From positions 1,696,001 through 1,760,000 of the forward strand of contig OZ220732.1 in assembly GCA_965116905.1 (NCBI GenBank): a stretch of 64,000 bases of DNA, read 5' to 3'. Origin of the DNA: Longimicrobiales bacterium (GTDB lineage Bacteria > Gemmatimonadota > Gemmatimonadetes > Longimicrobiales > Gaopeijiaceae). This document shows positions 38,100 through 48,543 of the stretch, one piece after another (positions within the stretch are counted from its first letter, which is position 1; the number at the start of each line of letters is the position of its first letter). The notes under the pieces are model-generated. The model was not told the DNA's origin and searched no databases. It saw nothing but the letters and a program-made list of their open reading frames with translations. Position numbers and translations under genes: made by a program.

Positions 38100-39493
38100 A
38101 CGCAACCCTGGCGGGGCTGCTCCTCTACGTCGTCCTCATCACGGCGGTGGGCCTCGCGATCGGGCGCCGCGTGTCGGGCACTCGGGACTTCTTCGTCGCG
38201 GGCCGCGCGCTCGGGCCCGGGTTGCTTTTCGCCACGCTTCTTGCGGCGAACATCGGCGCGGGGTCGACCGTCAACGCGGCGGGCCTGGGGTACCAGCACG
38301 GCATCGCGGCGTGGTGGTGGGTCGGATCGGCGGGGATCGGCACGCTGGTGCTGGCCTTCTGGCTCGGGCCGCGCATGTGGCGCGTCGCCCGGGAGCACTC
38401 GCTGCACACCGTCGGCGACTACCTGGAGCTCCGCTACGGCCCGTCGGTGCGGGCTTCCATGGCGGCGCTGCTCTGGCTCGGTACGCTGGCCATCCTCGCG
38501 GGGCAGCTGATCGCCATGGCCTGGATTCTGGAGGTCGTGGCGGGTGCGCCGAAGTGGCTGGGGGCCGTCGCCGGCGGACTGGTGATGACGGTCTACTTCA
38601 TGGCGGGAGGACTCCTCAGCTCGGCCTGGGTCAACCTGGTGCAGCTGGTCGTGCTGGTGGCGGGCTTTCTGATCGCCGTGCCGCTGGCGCTCGACGGAGC
38701 CGGCGGCTTTGCGGCGGTGCTGGAGCATGCCCGCTCGACGCCGGAGCACCTCGATTTCATGAGCAGCGGTGACTCGGGTTGGCCCTACCTGATCCTGCTG
38801 GCCCCCGCCTTCATCGTCTCGCCCGGGATCCTGCAGAAGACCTTCGGCGCGCGCGACGTGCGCACCGTCCGGCTGGGATTGAGCGCCTGTGGAGCGGCCC
38901 TGCTGCTCTTTGCGATCCTGCCGCCGCTCCTGGGGATGATCGCGCACGCCGTGGCCCCGGGGCTCGACAATCCCGAAACCGCGCTTCCGGAGATCCTGAC
39001 CCGCGGCGTGCCGGCGTGGGCGGGCCTCCTTGGTCTCGCCGCGGTGCTCTCGGCCGAGATCAGCTCGGCGGACGCGATTCTCTTCATGCTCTCCACCTCG
39101 TTGTCCAAGGACCTGTACAAGCGGTTCGCGAAACCGGACGCGACGGATGCGCAGGTGCTGCGTGTCGCGCGCATCGCGGCGGCTGCGGGCGGCTCTGCCG
39201 GGGTGCTGCTGGCGGTCATCATCCCGACGGTCGTGGACGCCCTCAGCATCTTCTATTCGCTTCTGGGCGTGAGCCTCTTCGTGCCGGTCGTGGCCGGGCT
39301 GCATTCGCGGCGTCCCGGCCCGGCCGAAGCACTGGCGGCGGCGGCGGCCGGGGTTCTGGTGCTTCTCGTCGCGCGCCAGTGGGGGAGCGGTCCGGCCTGG
39401 ATGGTTCCGTCGGCGTGGGGGCTGGTTTCGGCGGCTGCCGCGTACGGTGTATTCTTCGCGGCGCGACGCATGACGAGGACCACGAGCACATGA
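38096..39493 (+). CDS. Sodium:solute symporter (SSS) family transporter
   Basis: DFFVAGR.LG, AANIGAGS, DYLE.RYG, Y...GG, SAEISSAD...S.....DLY; ATGA coupling. Confidence 0.92.
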   Translation: MNATLAGLLLYVVLITAVGLAIGRRVSGTRDFFVAGRALGPGLLFATLLAANIGAGSTVNAAGLGYQHGIAAWWWVGSAGIGTLVLAFWLGPRMWRVAREHSLHTVGDYLELRYGPSVRASMAALLWLGTLAILAGQLIAMAWILEVVAGAPKWLGAVAGGLVMTVYFMAGGLLSSAWVNLVQLVVLVAGFLIAVPLALDGAGGFAAVLEHARSTPEHLDFMSSGDSGWPYLILLAPAFIVSPGILQKTFGARDVRTVRLGLSACGAALLLFAILPPLLGMIAHAVAPGLDNPETALPEILTRGVPAWAGLLGLAAVLSAEISSADAILFMLSTSLSKDLYKRFAKPDATDAQVLRVARIAAAAGGSAGVLLAVIIPTVVDALSIFYSLLGVSLFVPVVAGLHSRRPGPAEALAAAAAGVLVLLVARQWGSGPAWMVPSAWGLVSAAAAYGVFFAARRMTRTTST

Positions 39494-40500
39494 GCATCTT
39501 CCCCGACGAGATCCGCACCTGCGAGATGCACACCGGCGGCGAGCCCGTCCGCATCGTCACGTCCGGCTATCCGCAAATCCCCGGCGCCACGATCCTCGAC
39601 AAGCGGCGCTACGCGAGGGACGAGCTCGACCACCTGCGCCGATTCCTGATGCACGAGCCCCGCGGCCACGCGGACATGTACGGCGTGATTCCGGTCGAGC
39701 CGGATCATCCGGACGCCGATCTGGCGGTGCTCTTCTGTCACAACGAGGGCTACTCGACGATGTGCGGCCACGCGACGATCGCGATGGCGCGCCGGGCGGT
39801 CGACGAGGGCCTGATCGAGGCGCGGGAGCCGCGCACGACGGTGCGCATCCAGTGTCCCTGCGGCCTCGTGACCGCGCACGTGCAGGTTCGGGACGGGCGC
39901 GCCGGGATGGTCCACTTCGAGAGCGTGGGGGCCTTCGCGCCCCTCCTCGACGCGAAGGTGGACGTCGAGGGCGTGGGGCATGTGGCGGTGGACATCGCTT
40001 ATGGCGGTGCCTTCTACGCGTTCGCCCCGGCTTCCCGGTTCGGCCTGGACGTTCGCACCTCTCCGGCGCGCACGCTGGTCGACGCGGCGTGGGCCGTCAC
40101 CTGCGCGGCCAAGGCCCAGCTCGACCTCGACCACCCCGACCACCCGGATCTCGCGTTTCTCTACGGGACGATCCTCACCGATGGCGGCCACGGGCGTACT
40201 CGCCCCAGCGCCAATGTGTGCGTCTTCGCGGACCGCCAGGTGGATCGCAGTCCGACGGGCAGCGGGGTGACCGCCCGCATGGCCATCCAGAAGGCACGAG
40301 GGCTCGCCGGCGTGGGTGAGGAGCGCCGTTTTTCGAGCGTGACGGGGAGCGTGTTCACGGGATGCATCGTGGAGGAGACGCGGGTGGCCGAGCACGAAGC
40401 CGTGACGGTATTGGTTGGGGGGCGGGCCCACTACACGGGGTCGGCGCGCTTCCGTCCCGAGGCGGAGGATCCCCTGGTGGGGGGATTCAGGGTACGATGA
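39490..40500 (+). CDS. Proline-racemase superfamily, Cys/Thr type: probable trans-3-hydroxy-L-proline dehydratase
   Basis: MHTGGEP.RI, EPRGHADMYG, YSTMCGH, DIAYGGAFY, LYGTIL, QVDRSPTGSGVTAR; ATGA coupling. Confidence 0.88.
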   Translation: MSIFPDEIRTCEMHTGGEPVRIVTSGYPQIPGATILDKRRYARDELDHLRRFLMHEPRGHADMYGVIPVEPDHPDADLAVLFCHNEGYSTMCGHATIAMARRAVDEGLIEAREPRTTVRIQCPCGLVTAHVQVRDGRAGMVHFESVGAFAPLLDAKVDVEGVGHVAVDIAYGGAFYAFAPASRFGLDVRTSPARTLVDAAWAVTCAAKAQLDLDHPDHPDLAFLYGTILTDGGHGRTRPSANVCVFADRQVDRSPTGSGVTARMAIQKARGLAGVGEERRFSSVTGSVFTGCIVEETRVAEHEAVTVLVGGRAHYTGSARFRPEAEDPLVGGFRVR

Positions 40501-40615
40501 CGGGCGGCGGCGGCGGCGCCACGGTCGTCGGGTGCCGAGCCGGCGGGGATTGTGCTGCGGGGGCCGAACGCGCCTATTCTCCCGCATGATCAAGCGAAGC
40601 GGATTGCACGGACAA

Positions 40616-41542
40616 ATGGACCGGAAGCGCTTCCTGCGCGCGGCCGGGCTGGGGTGGGGTGCCGCGTGGCTGGGAGGATGCGCGCGGGAGCGGATGTCGG
40701 ACGGGGCGGGCGAGGGGAGCGGGGACTCGACGGTCGGCGGGGAGCAAGGTGACGGTGCCGCCACGGCCGCCGGGTCCGAGCCCCTCCTGGAGACGATCGG
40801 AGTCCAGCTGTACACCGTCCGCTCCCTGATGGCCGAGGACGTGGCCCGGACATTGGACGCGGTCGCGGCGATCGGCTACGACGAGGTCGAGTTTGCCGGC
40901 TACTTCGGCCACGAGCCGGCGGTCGTGCGGGCCTGGCTCGATGCGTCGGGGCTGACCGCGCCCGCGGTGCACGCGGATCTGGACGCGATCACCGGCGAAG
41001 CGTTGGAAGCCACCCTCGAGGCCGCGGCCGTCCTGGGACACCGCTGGCTGGTCGTCCCCTGGATACCGGAGGCGATGCGCACCGCCGACGGATACCGGGA
41101 GGTGGCGGACCTGCTGAATGAGGCCGGCAGTATCGCAGCCGCGGCAGGCGTTCGCGTGGGCTACCACAACCATGCCTTCGAGTTCGATGTGCTGGACGGC
41201 TCGTCCGACGCCGGTGCAGGGACCACGGGGTACTCGCTGCTCCTGGAACACCTGGACCCCGCCGTCGTCGACCTGGAGATCGACTTTCACTGGTCGGCCG
41301 TCGGTGGTGCCGACGCATTGGAACTCTTCGCCGCACACCCGGGCCGCTTCCCGCTCTGTCACGTCAAGGACCTCACCGCCGATGGCCGGATGGCCGATGC
41401 CGGGGCGGGGGTGATCGACTGGCCCGGGCTGTTTGCGCGCTCCGCAGAGGCCGGGTTGGTCCACTACTTTGTGGAGCACGACCAGCCGGCCGACCCGCTG
41501 GCTTCGATCGACGCCAGCTATCGCTACCTTTCCGCGTCCTAG
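40616..41542 (+). CDS. Sugar phosphate isomerase/epimerase-type TIM barrel, Tat-like lipoprotein
   Basis: DRKRFL...LGGC; GVQLYTVR, GY.EVEFAG, YHNHAFEF, EID..W, HVKD, FVEHD. Confidence 0.88.
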   Translation: MDRKRFLRAAGLGWGAAWLGGCARERMSDGAGEGSGDSTVGGEQGDGAATAAGSEPLLETIGVQLYTVRSLMAEDVARTLDAVAAIGYDEVEFAGYFGHEPAVVRAWLDASGLTAPAVHADLDAITGEALEATLEAAAVLGHRWLVVPWIPEAMRTADGYREVADLLNEAGSIAAAAGVRVGYHNHAFEFDVLDGSSDAGAGTTGYSLLLEHLDPAVVDLEIDFHWSAVGGADALELFAAHPGRFPLCHVKDLTADGRMADAGAGVIDWPGLFARSAEAGLVHYFVEHDQPADPLASIDASYRYLSAS

Positions 41543-41586
41543 GCAGCCCGTGGACAAAATCCCCCCGGCATTCGAGCGGCGAGCCA

Positions 41587-43101
41587 GTGAGCGATTCATC
41601 GGCTAGCGGACCCACCGGGGGCCGGGAAGTGGACGCAAGGCGCCTGTTTCTGGGAAGCTGCGTCGCGCTGATCGCCACTTCCGTAGCATTTGCCACCATC
41701 GGCGCGGTGATGTTCTCCCTGAAGGGGGAATTCGTTCTCAACAACGCGCAGGTCGGGTGGATCGGCGGGGCCGCGATCTGGGGATTCGCGGTGTCGCAGC
41801 TGGTCTTCGCGCCGCTGTGCGACACGTGGGGAATGCGCACGCTGGTCCGGCTTGCCTTCGTCTGTCACCTCGGCGGGGCTCTGGTCATGATTTTCGCCGG
41901 CGGGTTCGCGACGCTGTTTGCTGGGGCCCTGGTCATCTCGATGGCGAACGGGCTGGTGGAGGCGGCGTGCAATCCGCTGGTCGCCGCGCTCTACCCGGAC
42001 GACAAGACCGTGAAGCTCAACCGGTTCCACGTGTGGTTCCCCGGCGGCATCGTCCTCGGCGGGCTGGCGGCCTACGCGCTGGACGATGCGGGGATCACCT
42101 CGTGGCAGATCAAGATCGCCCTGATCCTCATTCCTACGATCGCCTACGGCGTGCTGCTCCTCGGCCAGCGCTTCCCGGCCACGGAGGGCGTGCGCTCCGG
42201 CGTGTCCATGGGCGAGATGTTCAGGGCCACGATGGGCACTCCCCTGATGCTGCTGATGCTCCTGTGCATGGCGATGACCGCGTCGCTCGAACTGGGCCCG
42301 AATCGCTGGGTGCCGGCGGTGCTCGAGGCTGGCGGGATGGCCGGCATCCTGGTGCTCGTGTACGTGAACGGGATCATGGCGGTCATGCGCTTCAAGGCCG
42401 GCGCCGTGGTTCACCGCCTGTCGCCGACCGGCATCCTGTGCGCGTCGGCGGTGTTGTCGGGTCTGGGCCTGCTTTGGCTGAGCATGGGGGGCTCCGCCGT
42501 GTCGATCTTTGCCGCCGCGACGGTCTTTGCCTTCGGGGTGTGCTACTTCTGGCCGACGATGCTGGGCTTCGTGTCCGAGAGGATTCCCCGCAGCGGAGCG
42601 CTGGGTCTGGGGTTGATGGGGACGGTGGGGATGGCGGTGGTCGGACTGGTGACCTCGCCCTGGATGGGCGGGATCGCGGACCGCGCCGCGCACGAGGTCC
42701 TCGCGGACGACCGGACGTTCGTCGTGCTGGTCGAGGCTGGCGGCGCCCTGCAGTCCCAGTCGCTGCGCACCCCCGGGCCGGAGGGCGACGACCTGAGGAC
42801 CGCGCTCGATCTCGTCACGGGCGTCCTGGAGACCTACGACGACGAAGAGGTGCTTCCGCCCGTGGAGACCGCGAACGCGATGCGCGCGTTCATCGAATCG
42901 GGCTCTACCCACCCGGCCGTCGAACGGGCGCGGGGAATCCTGGGGCCGGCGGAAAACCACGGTGGACTCGTGTCGTTCCGCTACCTGGTGCCGGTGAGCC
43001 TCGTACTGGTGGTGATTTTCGGGTTGCTCTACCTGAACGAGCGCAGATCGGGCGGCTACCGGCCGGAGCACCTGACGCGATCGCGGACGCCTCCGGGGTG
43101 A
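41587..43101 (+). CDS. MFS transporter (sugar/glycoside)
   Basis: LF.GSC.AL..T, NGLVEAACNPLVA.LY, LN.FHVWFPGG, ELGP..W, YFWPTMLG.VSE..P..GALG. Confidence 0.9.
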   Translation: MSDSSASGPTGGREVDARRLFLGSCVALIATSVAFATIGAVMFSLKGEFVLNNAQVGWIGGAAIWGFAVSQLVFAPLCDTWGMRTLVRLAFVCHLGGALVMIFAGGFATLFAGALVISMANGLVEAACNPLVAALYPDDKTVKLNRFHVWFPGGIVLGGLAAYALDDAGITSWQIKIALILIPTIAYGVLLLGQRFPATEGVRSGVSMGEMFRATMGTPLMLLMLLCMAMTASLELGPNRWVPAVLEAGGMAGILVLVYVNGIMAVMRFKAGAVVHRLSPTGILCASAVLSGLGLLWLSMGGSAVSIFAAATVFAFGVCYFWPTMLGFVSERIPRSGALGLGLMGTVGMAVVGLVTSPWMGGIADRAAHEVLADDRTFVVLVEAGGALQSQSLRTPGPEGDDLRTALDLVTGVLETYDDEEVLPPVETANAMRAFIESGSTHPAVERARGILGPAENHGGLVSFRYLVPVSLVLVVIFGLLYLNERRSGGYRPEHLTRSRTPPG

Positions 43102-43160
43102 CCGTGCTGGCCTCCGGGGTGATCGTGTTGGCCGCCGGGGTGACCGTGTTGGCCGCCGGG
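43089..43160. repeat. 21-bp tandem repeat x3.4 starting in the MFS stop region
   Basis: gcctccggggtgaccgtgctg / gcctccggggtgatcgtgttg / gccgccggggtgaccgtgttg / gccgccggg. Confidence 0.9.
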
Positions 43161-43174
43161 AGGCGTCGGGGCGC

Positions 43175-44350
43175 GTGAATCCCCACATCGGGCGGCGGCT
43201 TCGTTACGGCATGGTGGGCGGCGGGCCCGGTGCGTTCATCGGCGCAGTGCACCGCATGGCTGCTGCGCTGGACGGGGAGTACGAGCTCGTCGCGGGCGCC
43301 TTCGCGTCGCAGCCGGGACGGTCCCGGGAGCAAGGACGCCTTCTCGGCCTCGACGCGCGGCGAACCTACGACTCCTTTCAGGACATGGCGCAGGGGGAGG
43401 CCGCTCTGGGCGAAGACCGGCGCATCGAGGCGGTGTCCGTCGTCACTCCCAACCACCTCCACCACCCCGTTGCCACGGCGTTCCTGCGCGCGGGGATTCC
43501 CGTCATCTGCGACAAGCCGATGACCACGACGCTGGCGGACGCCGAGGACCTCTGCCGCACCGTCGAGGCGACGGGCCTGACCTTCGCGCTCACGCACAAC
43601 TACACGGGCTATCCAATGGTCAGGGAGGCGCGCCACCTGGTCCGTGCCGGGCGGCTCGGGACGGTGCGGAAGGTCGTTGCCGAGTACCCGCAGGGCTGGC
43701 TCGGCACGCGGCTGGAGGCGACGGGACACAAGCAGGCGAGCTGGCGGCAGGATCCGGCGCGGGCGGGGGCGTCGTCGGCGGTCGCGGACATCGGGTCGCA
43801 CGTGCACAGCCTGGTGCGCTACGTGACGGGCCTGGAGATCGGCGAGGTCTTCGCGGAGCTGTCGAGTCTGGTGCCGGGGCGCGTCATGGAGGACGACGCG
43901 ACGATGCTTGTGCGGTTCGTGGGCGGCGCGCGCGGCGTGTACTCGGCGAGCCAGGTGTCGACGGGTGAGCAAAACGGACTGGCGCTGCGCGTCTACGGTG
44001 AGGACGCCGGCCTGCTCTGGCGCCAGGAGCGGCCGAACGAACTGCGGCTGCTGCCCGCGGAGGGCTCTCGGGAGACGCTCACGCGCGGGAATCCCGGACT
44101 TTCGCCGGCGGCTCGGCACGCCACGCGACTGCCCCCGGGGCACCCGGAAGGCTTCATCGAGGCCTTCGCCAACCTCTATCGCGGGGTCGGGAGGGTGATC
44201 GGGGCGGCGATCGCGGGCCGCGAGGCCGATCCGCTGGACCACGACTTCCCCGACCACACCGACGGAGTACGGGGCATGCACTTTATCGAGAGCGTGCTCG
44301 CGTCGGCCGCCGCGGGGCGCTGGGTGGACATGGCGGGGTACCGTCCGTGA
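43175..44350 (+). CDS. Gfo/Idh/MocA NAD(P)-dependent oxidoreductase
   Basis: [64 protein letters not shown]. Confidence 0.93.
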   Translation: MNPHIGRRLRYGMVGGGPGAFIGAVHRMAAALDGEYELVAGAFASQPGRSREQGRLLGLDARRTYDSFQDMAQGEAALGEDRRIEAVSVVTPNHLHHPVATAFLRAGIPVICDKPMTTTLADAEDLCRTVEATGLTFALTHNYTGYPMVREARHLVRAGRLGTVRKVVAEYPQGWLGTRLEATGHKQASWRQDPARAGASSAVADIGSHVHSLVRYVTGLEIGEVFAELSSLVPGRVMEDDATMLVRFVGGARGVYSASQVSTGEQNGLALRVYGEDAGLLWRQERPNELRLLPAEGSRETLTRGNPGLSPAARHATRLPPGHPEGFIEAFANLYRGVGRVIGAAIAGREADPLDHDFPDHTDGVRGMHFIESVLASAAAGRWVDMAGYRP

Positions 44351-45351
44351 GCCGGCCGGTGACGCTGTTCACGGGGCAGTGGGCCGACCTGCCGCTGGCC
44401 ACGCTGGCCGAAAAGGCGGCGGCGTGGGGCTACGACGGGCTGGAGCTGGCGTGCTGGGGCGACCACTTCGACGTGCAGGCGGCGCTCTCCGACCGATCGT
44501 ATTGCGACGAGCGGCGGGAGCTGCTTGCCAGCCACGGGCTTGGCGTGTGGGCGATCAGCAACCACCTGGTCGGGCAGGCGGTCTGCGACCGGATCGACGA
44601 ACGCCACCGCGGCATACTGCCGGCCAGGGTGTGGGGCGACGGGGATCCTGCGGGAGTCGGGGAGCGGGCCGCGCGCGAGATGGAGGATACGGCGAGGGCA
44701 GCGGCGCGCCTGGGGGTCGGCGTGGTGAACGGCTTCACCGGGAGCCCGATCTGGCACCTGCTGTACTCGTTCCCTCCGGTCCCGCCGGAGTGGATCGACG
44801 AGGGTTTCGAGGCGTTCGCCGCCGCCTGGTCGCCGGTGCTGGACGCGTTCGCGGAAGAGGGCGTGCGGTTTGCACTCGAGGTCCACCCGACGGAGATCGC
44901 CTTCGATCTGGTTACGGCCGGCCGGGCGCTGGAAGTGCTCAATGGGCACCCGGCGTTCGGCTTCAACTACGATCCGAGTCATCTGGCGTACCAGGGGGTC
45001 GACTATGTTGATTTCATCCGGAGGTTCGGCGAACGGATCTTCCATGTGCACATGAAGGACGTGTGGTGGAGCGGGACTCCGGCCGAGGCCGGGGTCTTCG
45101 GCGGGCACACCGATTTCGGCGATGCCCGGCGCTTCTGGGATTTCCGGTCGCTCGGGCGAGGACGCGTGGACTTTGAGGAAGTAGTCCGGGCGCTGAACCG
45201 GACCGGATACGCGGGCCCGCTGTCCGTGGAATGGGAGGACGCCGGCATGGATCGCGAACACGGGGCGTCGGAAGCGTGCGCGTTCGTACGCCGGCTCGAG
45301 TTCCCGCCATCGGATACGGCGTTCGACGCAGCCTTTCTGAATCGAGATTGA
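44347..45351 (+). CDS. Sugar phosphate isomerase/epimerase-type TIM barrel (cytoplasmic)
   Basis: [52 protein letters not shown] coupling. Confidence 0.92.
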   Translation: MSRPVTLFTGQWADLPLATLAEKAAAWGYDGLELACWGDHFDVQAALSDRSYCDERRELLASHGLGVWAISNHLVGQAVCDRIDERHRGILPARVWGDGDPAGVGERAAREMEDTARAAARLGVGVVNGFTGSPIWHLLYSFPPVPPEWIDEGFEAFAAAWSPVLDAFAEEGVRFALEVHPTEIAFDLVTAGRALEVLNGHPAFGFNYDPSHLAYQGVDYVDFIRRFGERIFHVHMKDVWWSGTPAEAGVFGGHTDFGDARRFWDFRSLGRGRVDFEEVVRALNRTGYAGPLSVEWEDAGMDREHGASEACAFVRRLEFPPSDTAFDAAFLNRD

Positions 45352-45364
45352 AAGCGAGGACCCT

Positions 45365-46102
45365 ATGCGCGCGAGCATGCTGGGTATGATCCTGGTCGCC
45401 CCGTGTCTGGCGGTGGTTTCAGTGCAGGGCACGGCGAACGCCATGCAGGAAGCCCCCGTGAACCGGCTGACCGCGGAAGAGGAGGCCGCCGGTTGGAGAC
45501 TGCTCTTCGACGGCACGCTCGACGGCTGGCGCGGCTATCGGCGGGCGGACGCACCCGCCGGATGGTCGGTCGAGGACGGGATCCTCGCCTTCACGCCGGG
45601 CGCGGGCGACGGCGACCTCATGACGAGGGAGCAGTTCGGCGACTTCGAGCTCGAGCTGGAGTGGAAGATCGCGGAGGGCGGCAACAGCGGCATCTTCTAC
45701 CGCGCAACCGAGGCGGAGCGCGCCCCGTACTGGACCGGTCCCGAATTCCAGATCCTTCACAACGCGGGGCATCCGGACGGCCGGACCCCGGCGACATCCG
45801 CGGGTTCGAACTACGCGCTGCACGCCCCCGTCGAGGACGTGACGCGGCCGGTGGGCGAGTGGAACCGGGTCCGGATCGTCCTTGACGGCGCTCGCGTGGA
45901 GCACTGGATGAACGGCGTGAGAATCGTGGAATACGAGCTGTGGACCGACGAATGGCGTGAACTGGTGGCGAGCACCAAGTTCGTTGACTGGCCGGCATAT
46001 GGGATGGCCCGCGCGGGTCACATCGGGCTCCAGGACCATGGCGATCCGGTCTGGTTCAGGAACATCAGGATACGGGTGGCGGCCGCGGGTTGCGGCCAGT
46101 AG
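45365..46102 (+). CDS. DUF1080 (3-keto-disaccharide hydrolase/lyase family) secreted protein
   Basis: LT.EE.AAGW.LLFDG, DFELELEWKI..GGNSGIFY, GPEFQIL, GEWN, HWMNG, GHIGLQDHG..VWFRNIRI. Confidence 0.92.
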   Translation: MRASMLGMILVAPCLAVVSVQGTANAMQEAPVNRLTAEEEAAGWRLLFDGTLDGWRGYRRADAPAGWSVEDGILAFTPGAGDGDLMTREQFGDFELELEWKIAEGGNSGIFYRATEAERAPYWTGPEFQILHNAGHPDGRTPATSAGSNYALHAPVEDVTRPVGEWNRVRIVLDGARVEHWMNGVRIVEYELWTDEWRELVASTKFVDWPAYGMARAGHIGLQDHGDPVWFRNIRIRVAAAGCGQ

Positions 46103-46132
46103 GATTGGCGGACAATGGAGATTTTCGTGGGG

Positions 46133-47980
46133 ATGAGAAAACCGGGCCGGGCGATCGTTGGGGCAGCCGTCGCGGCGGCGCTTGGAGGCTGCGCCGACCT
46201 GGCGCTGGAACCCGACAGCGTCCCGGACTCCATGGTGCTGCTGCCCGCGGACACACTGATCACCGAGGGCGACCCGCTGAGGCTCAGGGTGACCGTCATG
46301 GACGCGGACGGCAACGTGATTCCGGGTCCGCCATCGTGGGCACCGCCGGAATGGGAAGTGGCGGACGCAGACGCGGTGCAGATCGCCCCCGACGGCGCCG
46401 TCATCGGGTCGGCCGGCACCAGCACGCGGGTCGTCGCCCGGTCCGCCGGGCTCGAAGCCTGGACCACGCTGCGGATCAACCCGCTCAGCGTCGCACTGTC
46501 GGCGCCCGCCGTCTACCTCAATCAGGCCGCTCAGAACGTGGACGGCACCGTGCCGATCCTCGCGGGGCGCCGGGCGTTTCTCCGCGTATTCGCGAACGGG
46601 CACGAAGTCAGCTTCTACGAGCCCCGCGTGCGCGCCACCTTCTACCGGGACGGCGAGGCCGTGCACAGCGTGCTGATCAACCCGCCGTCGGAACTGCTGC
46701 CGGATGAGGTCGTCGAGAGCCGTCTCGACCGGTCCTACAACGCCGTGATCCCCGGCGAGGTGCTCCAGCCGGGCGTGGGACTGGTCGTCGAAATCGATCC
46801 CGACGGGGTGGTGCCGCAAAGCTCGGCGAGCCAGTCCCGTATCCCCGCTCAGGGCGTGATGCCGCTCGACATCATCGACATGCCCGGTCTCCACCAGGTC
46901 ATCGTTCCCGTCCTGGTCACCTGGGCCCCGGACGAGCGCGTGTTCAACTGGACCCGCGGCCTGACTGCCGAGAGTCCCCAGCTGCAGCTCGCGCGCACCC
47001 TCCTGCCGATCGGCGACATGACGGTCGAAGTGCACGAGACATACTACACGTCCGCGGACCTTACCGAGGGAGCGGGTTGGCAAGCGTTTCTTCGGGAAAT
47101 CAGGGCGCTCTACTACATGGAGGGGGAGAAGGGCTACTACTACGGCGCGCTGCAGCTGCCGGCCGGGTCCGCCTGGGGAGGGCTTGGCTACCTCAACCGC
47201 CCCGTCAGCGTGGGGCGGGCCAGGGAAGATACCTATGCCCACGAGCTGGGCCACAACATGAGCCTGCGGCACGCGCCGTGCGGCAGCGCGGGCGGGCCGG
47301 ATCCCAACTATCCGTACGACGACGGCAGCAGCGGGATATGGGGCTACCACATCGAGCGCGGCCGGCTGATCGACCCGGAACAGCACCGGGACCTGATGGG
47401 TTACTGCAGACCGGACTGGGTGAGCGACTACCACTTCATCCGGGCGACGAACTACAGGATGGCGAGGGACACACGCCCGGCGTCCGGTGCGGCGGATGCG
47501 CCAGCAGCGGCGGATACGCCCACAGCGGCGGATCCGGCAACCGCTCCCGAAAGGACGCTGTTGCTTTGGGGGGGTGCGGGCGGAGGCGAGTTGTTGCTCG
47601 AGCCCGCGTTTCTGATCGACACGCCCGCCAGGTTGCCGGAGGCGGCCGGCCCCTATCGGCTGGAAGGGTTGGGGCCTGCCGGAGAACAGCGTTTCTCGTT
47701 CGACTTCAGCCCTGATCCCGTGGAACACGGCGGCGCGCACTTCTTCTTCTCCGTGCCCTACGATCCGGACCGGGACGGTGGCCTGGCGCGCGTCGTGCTG
47801 ACGGGGCCGGAGGGCGAACACATACTGCAGGCCGGCAGCACGCCACCGATGGCGATCATCACCAATCGCGCCACGGGCCAGGTGCGTGCGATCCTCCGGG
47901 ACTGGGACGGCGGCTTCAACCGCGTCGACGGCGACACCGAGATCATGGTCAGCGACGGTCTGCCCGGGGGAGTACGATGA
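46133..47980 (+). CDS. Lipoprotein zinc metalloprotease (Ig-like domain and M66/StcE-like metzincin), paralog 1
   Basis: Lipobox LGGC; YYYG, GLGY, HELGHNMSLRHAPCG, DP.YPY, WGY, Met-turn DLMGYC. Confidence 0.85.
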   Translation: MRKPGRAIVGAAVAAALGGCADLALEPDSVPDSMVLLPADTLITEGDPLRLRVTVMDADGNVIPGPPSWAPPEWEVADADAVQIAPDGAVIGSAGTSTRVVARSAGLEAWTTLRINPLSVALSAPAVYLNQAAQNVDGTVPILAGRRAFLRVFANGHEVSFYEPRVRATFYRDGEAVHSVLINPPSELLPDEVVESRLDRSYNAVIPGEVLQPGVGLVVEIDPDGVVPQSSASQSRIPAQGVMPLDIIDMPGLHQVIVPVLVTWAPDERVFNWTRGLTAESPQLQLARTLLPIGDMTVEVHETYYTSADLTEGAGWQAFLREIRALYYMEGEKGYYYGALQLPAGSAWGGLGYLNRPVSVGRAREDTYAHELGHNMSLRHAPCGSAGGPDPNYPYDDGSSGIWGYHIERGRLIDPEQHRDLMGYCRPDWVSDYHFIRATNYRMARDTRPASGAADAPAAADTPTAADPATAPERTLLLWGGAGGGELLLEPAFLIDTPARLPEAAGPYRLEGLGPAGEQRFSFDFSPDPVEHGGAHFFFSVPYDPDRDGGLARVVLTGPEGEHILQAGSTPPMAIITNRATGQVRAILRDWDGGFNRVDGDTEIMVSDGLPGGVR

Positions 47981-48543
47981 GGCGCTGGTGGCTGGCCGCC
48001 TTCGCGGGCGCGGTTCTGGCCGGTGCCATGGTGATGCCCGGCACGCTCGGCGCCCAGATGCAGGCGGAGGTGCGGGGCGGGCTGACGGTGGGCAGCCATT
48101 CGGCCTCCGCCGCGGCCCTGGATATCGCGCCGGCCGTATCGTTCGACGTCGTGCTCAAGCGCCAGGTGACCCCGTCGATCGCGGCGTTCGGCGGCTTTTT
48201 CCGCACGGCGTTCGGCTGCGAGGAGGGGTTCTGCAAGGACAGGAACCTCACGGTCGTGGGCAATCACGGGGCTCTGGGCGGCGAATGGGGGGGAGCGGAT
48301 GCGTGGTTGCGGGCCGGCGTGCTCTTCGGGTCAACCCGGGTGGGCACGGAGGGCGAGCCCGCGGAGTTGGGCCTTGGTGCCCACGCCGCTGCGGGACTGA
48401 ACATCGGCATCGGACGCCTGCGCTTCCTTCCCGGCGTCTCCTACCGGTGGATGTCCGCGGCGACGGCTTCCAGCACCGACCATGCCATCGCGCTCGCGCT
48501 CGACCTCGGATTCGGGGTACAGCTTGGGGGAGGCGGGAGCTGA
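47977..48543 (+). CDS. Small outer-membrane beta-barrel-like protein
   Basis: Signal peptide; alternating amphipathic strands; CEEGFC loop; C-terminal LDLGFGVQL; coupled to both neighbours. Confidence 0.6.
   Translation: MRRWWLAAFAGAVLAGAMVMPGTLGAQMQAEVRGGLTVGSHSASAAALDIAPAVSFDVVLKRQVTPSIAAFGGFFRTAFGCEEGFCKDRNLTVVGNHGALGGEWGGADAWLRAGVLFGSTRVGTEGEPAELGLGAHAAAGLNIGIGRLRFLPGVSYRWMSAATASSTDHAIALALDLGFGVQLGGGGS

Noticed and set aside
43089..43160. Possible CRISPR array
   Set aside because: Contiguous tandem units with no unique spacers and no cas genes
47886..48539. N-terminal extension of the 844-aa ORF
   Set aside because: Alternative frame over the beta-barrel gene; the lipoprotein signal begins at 48540
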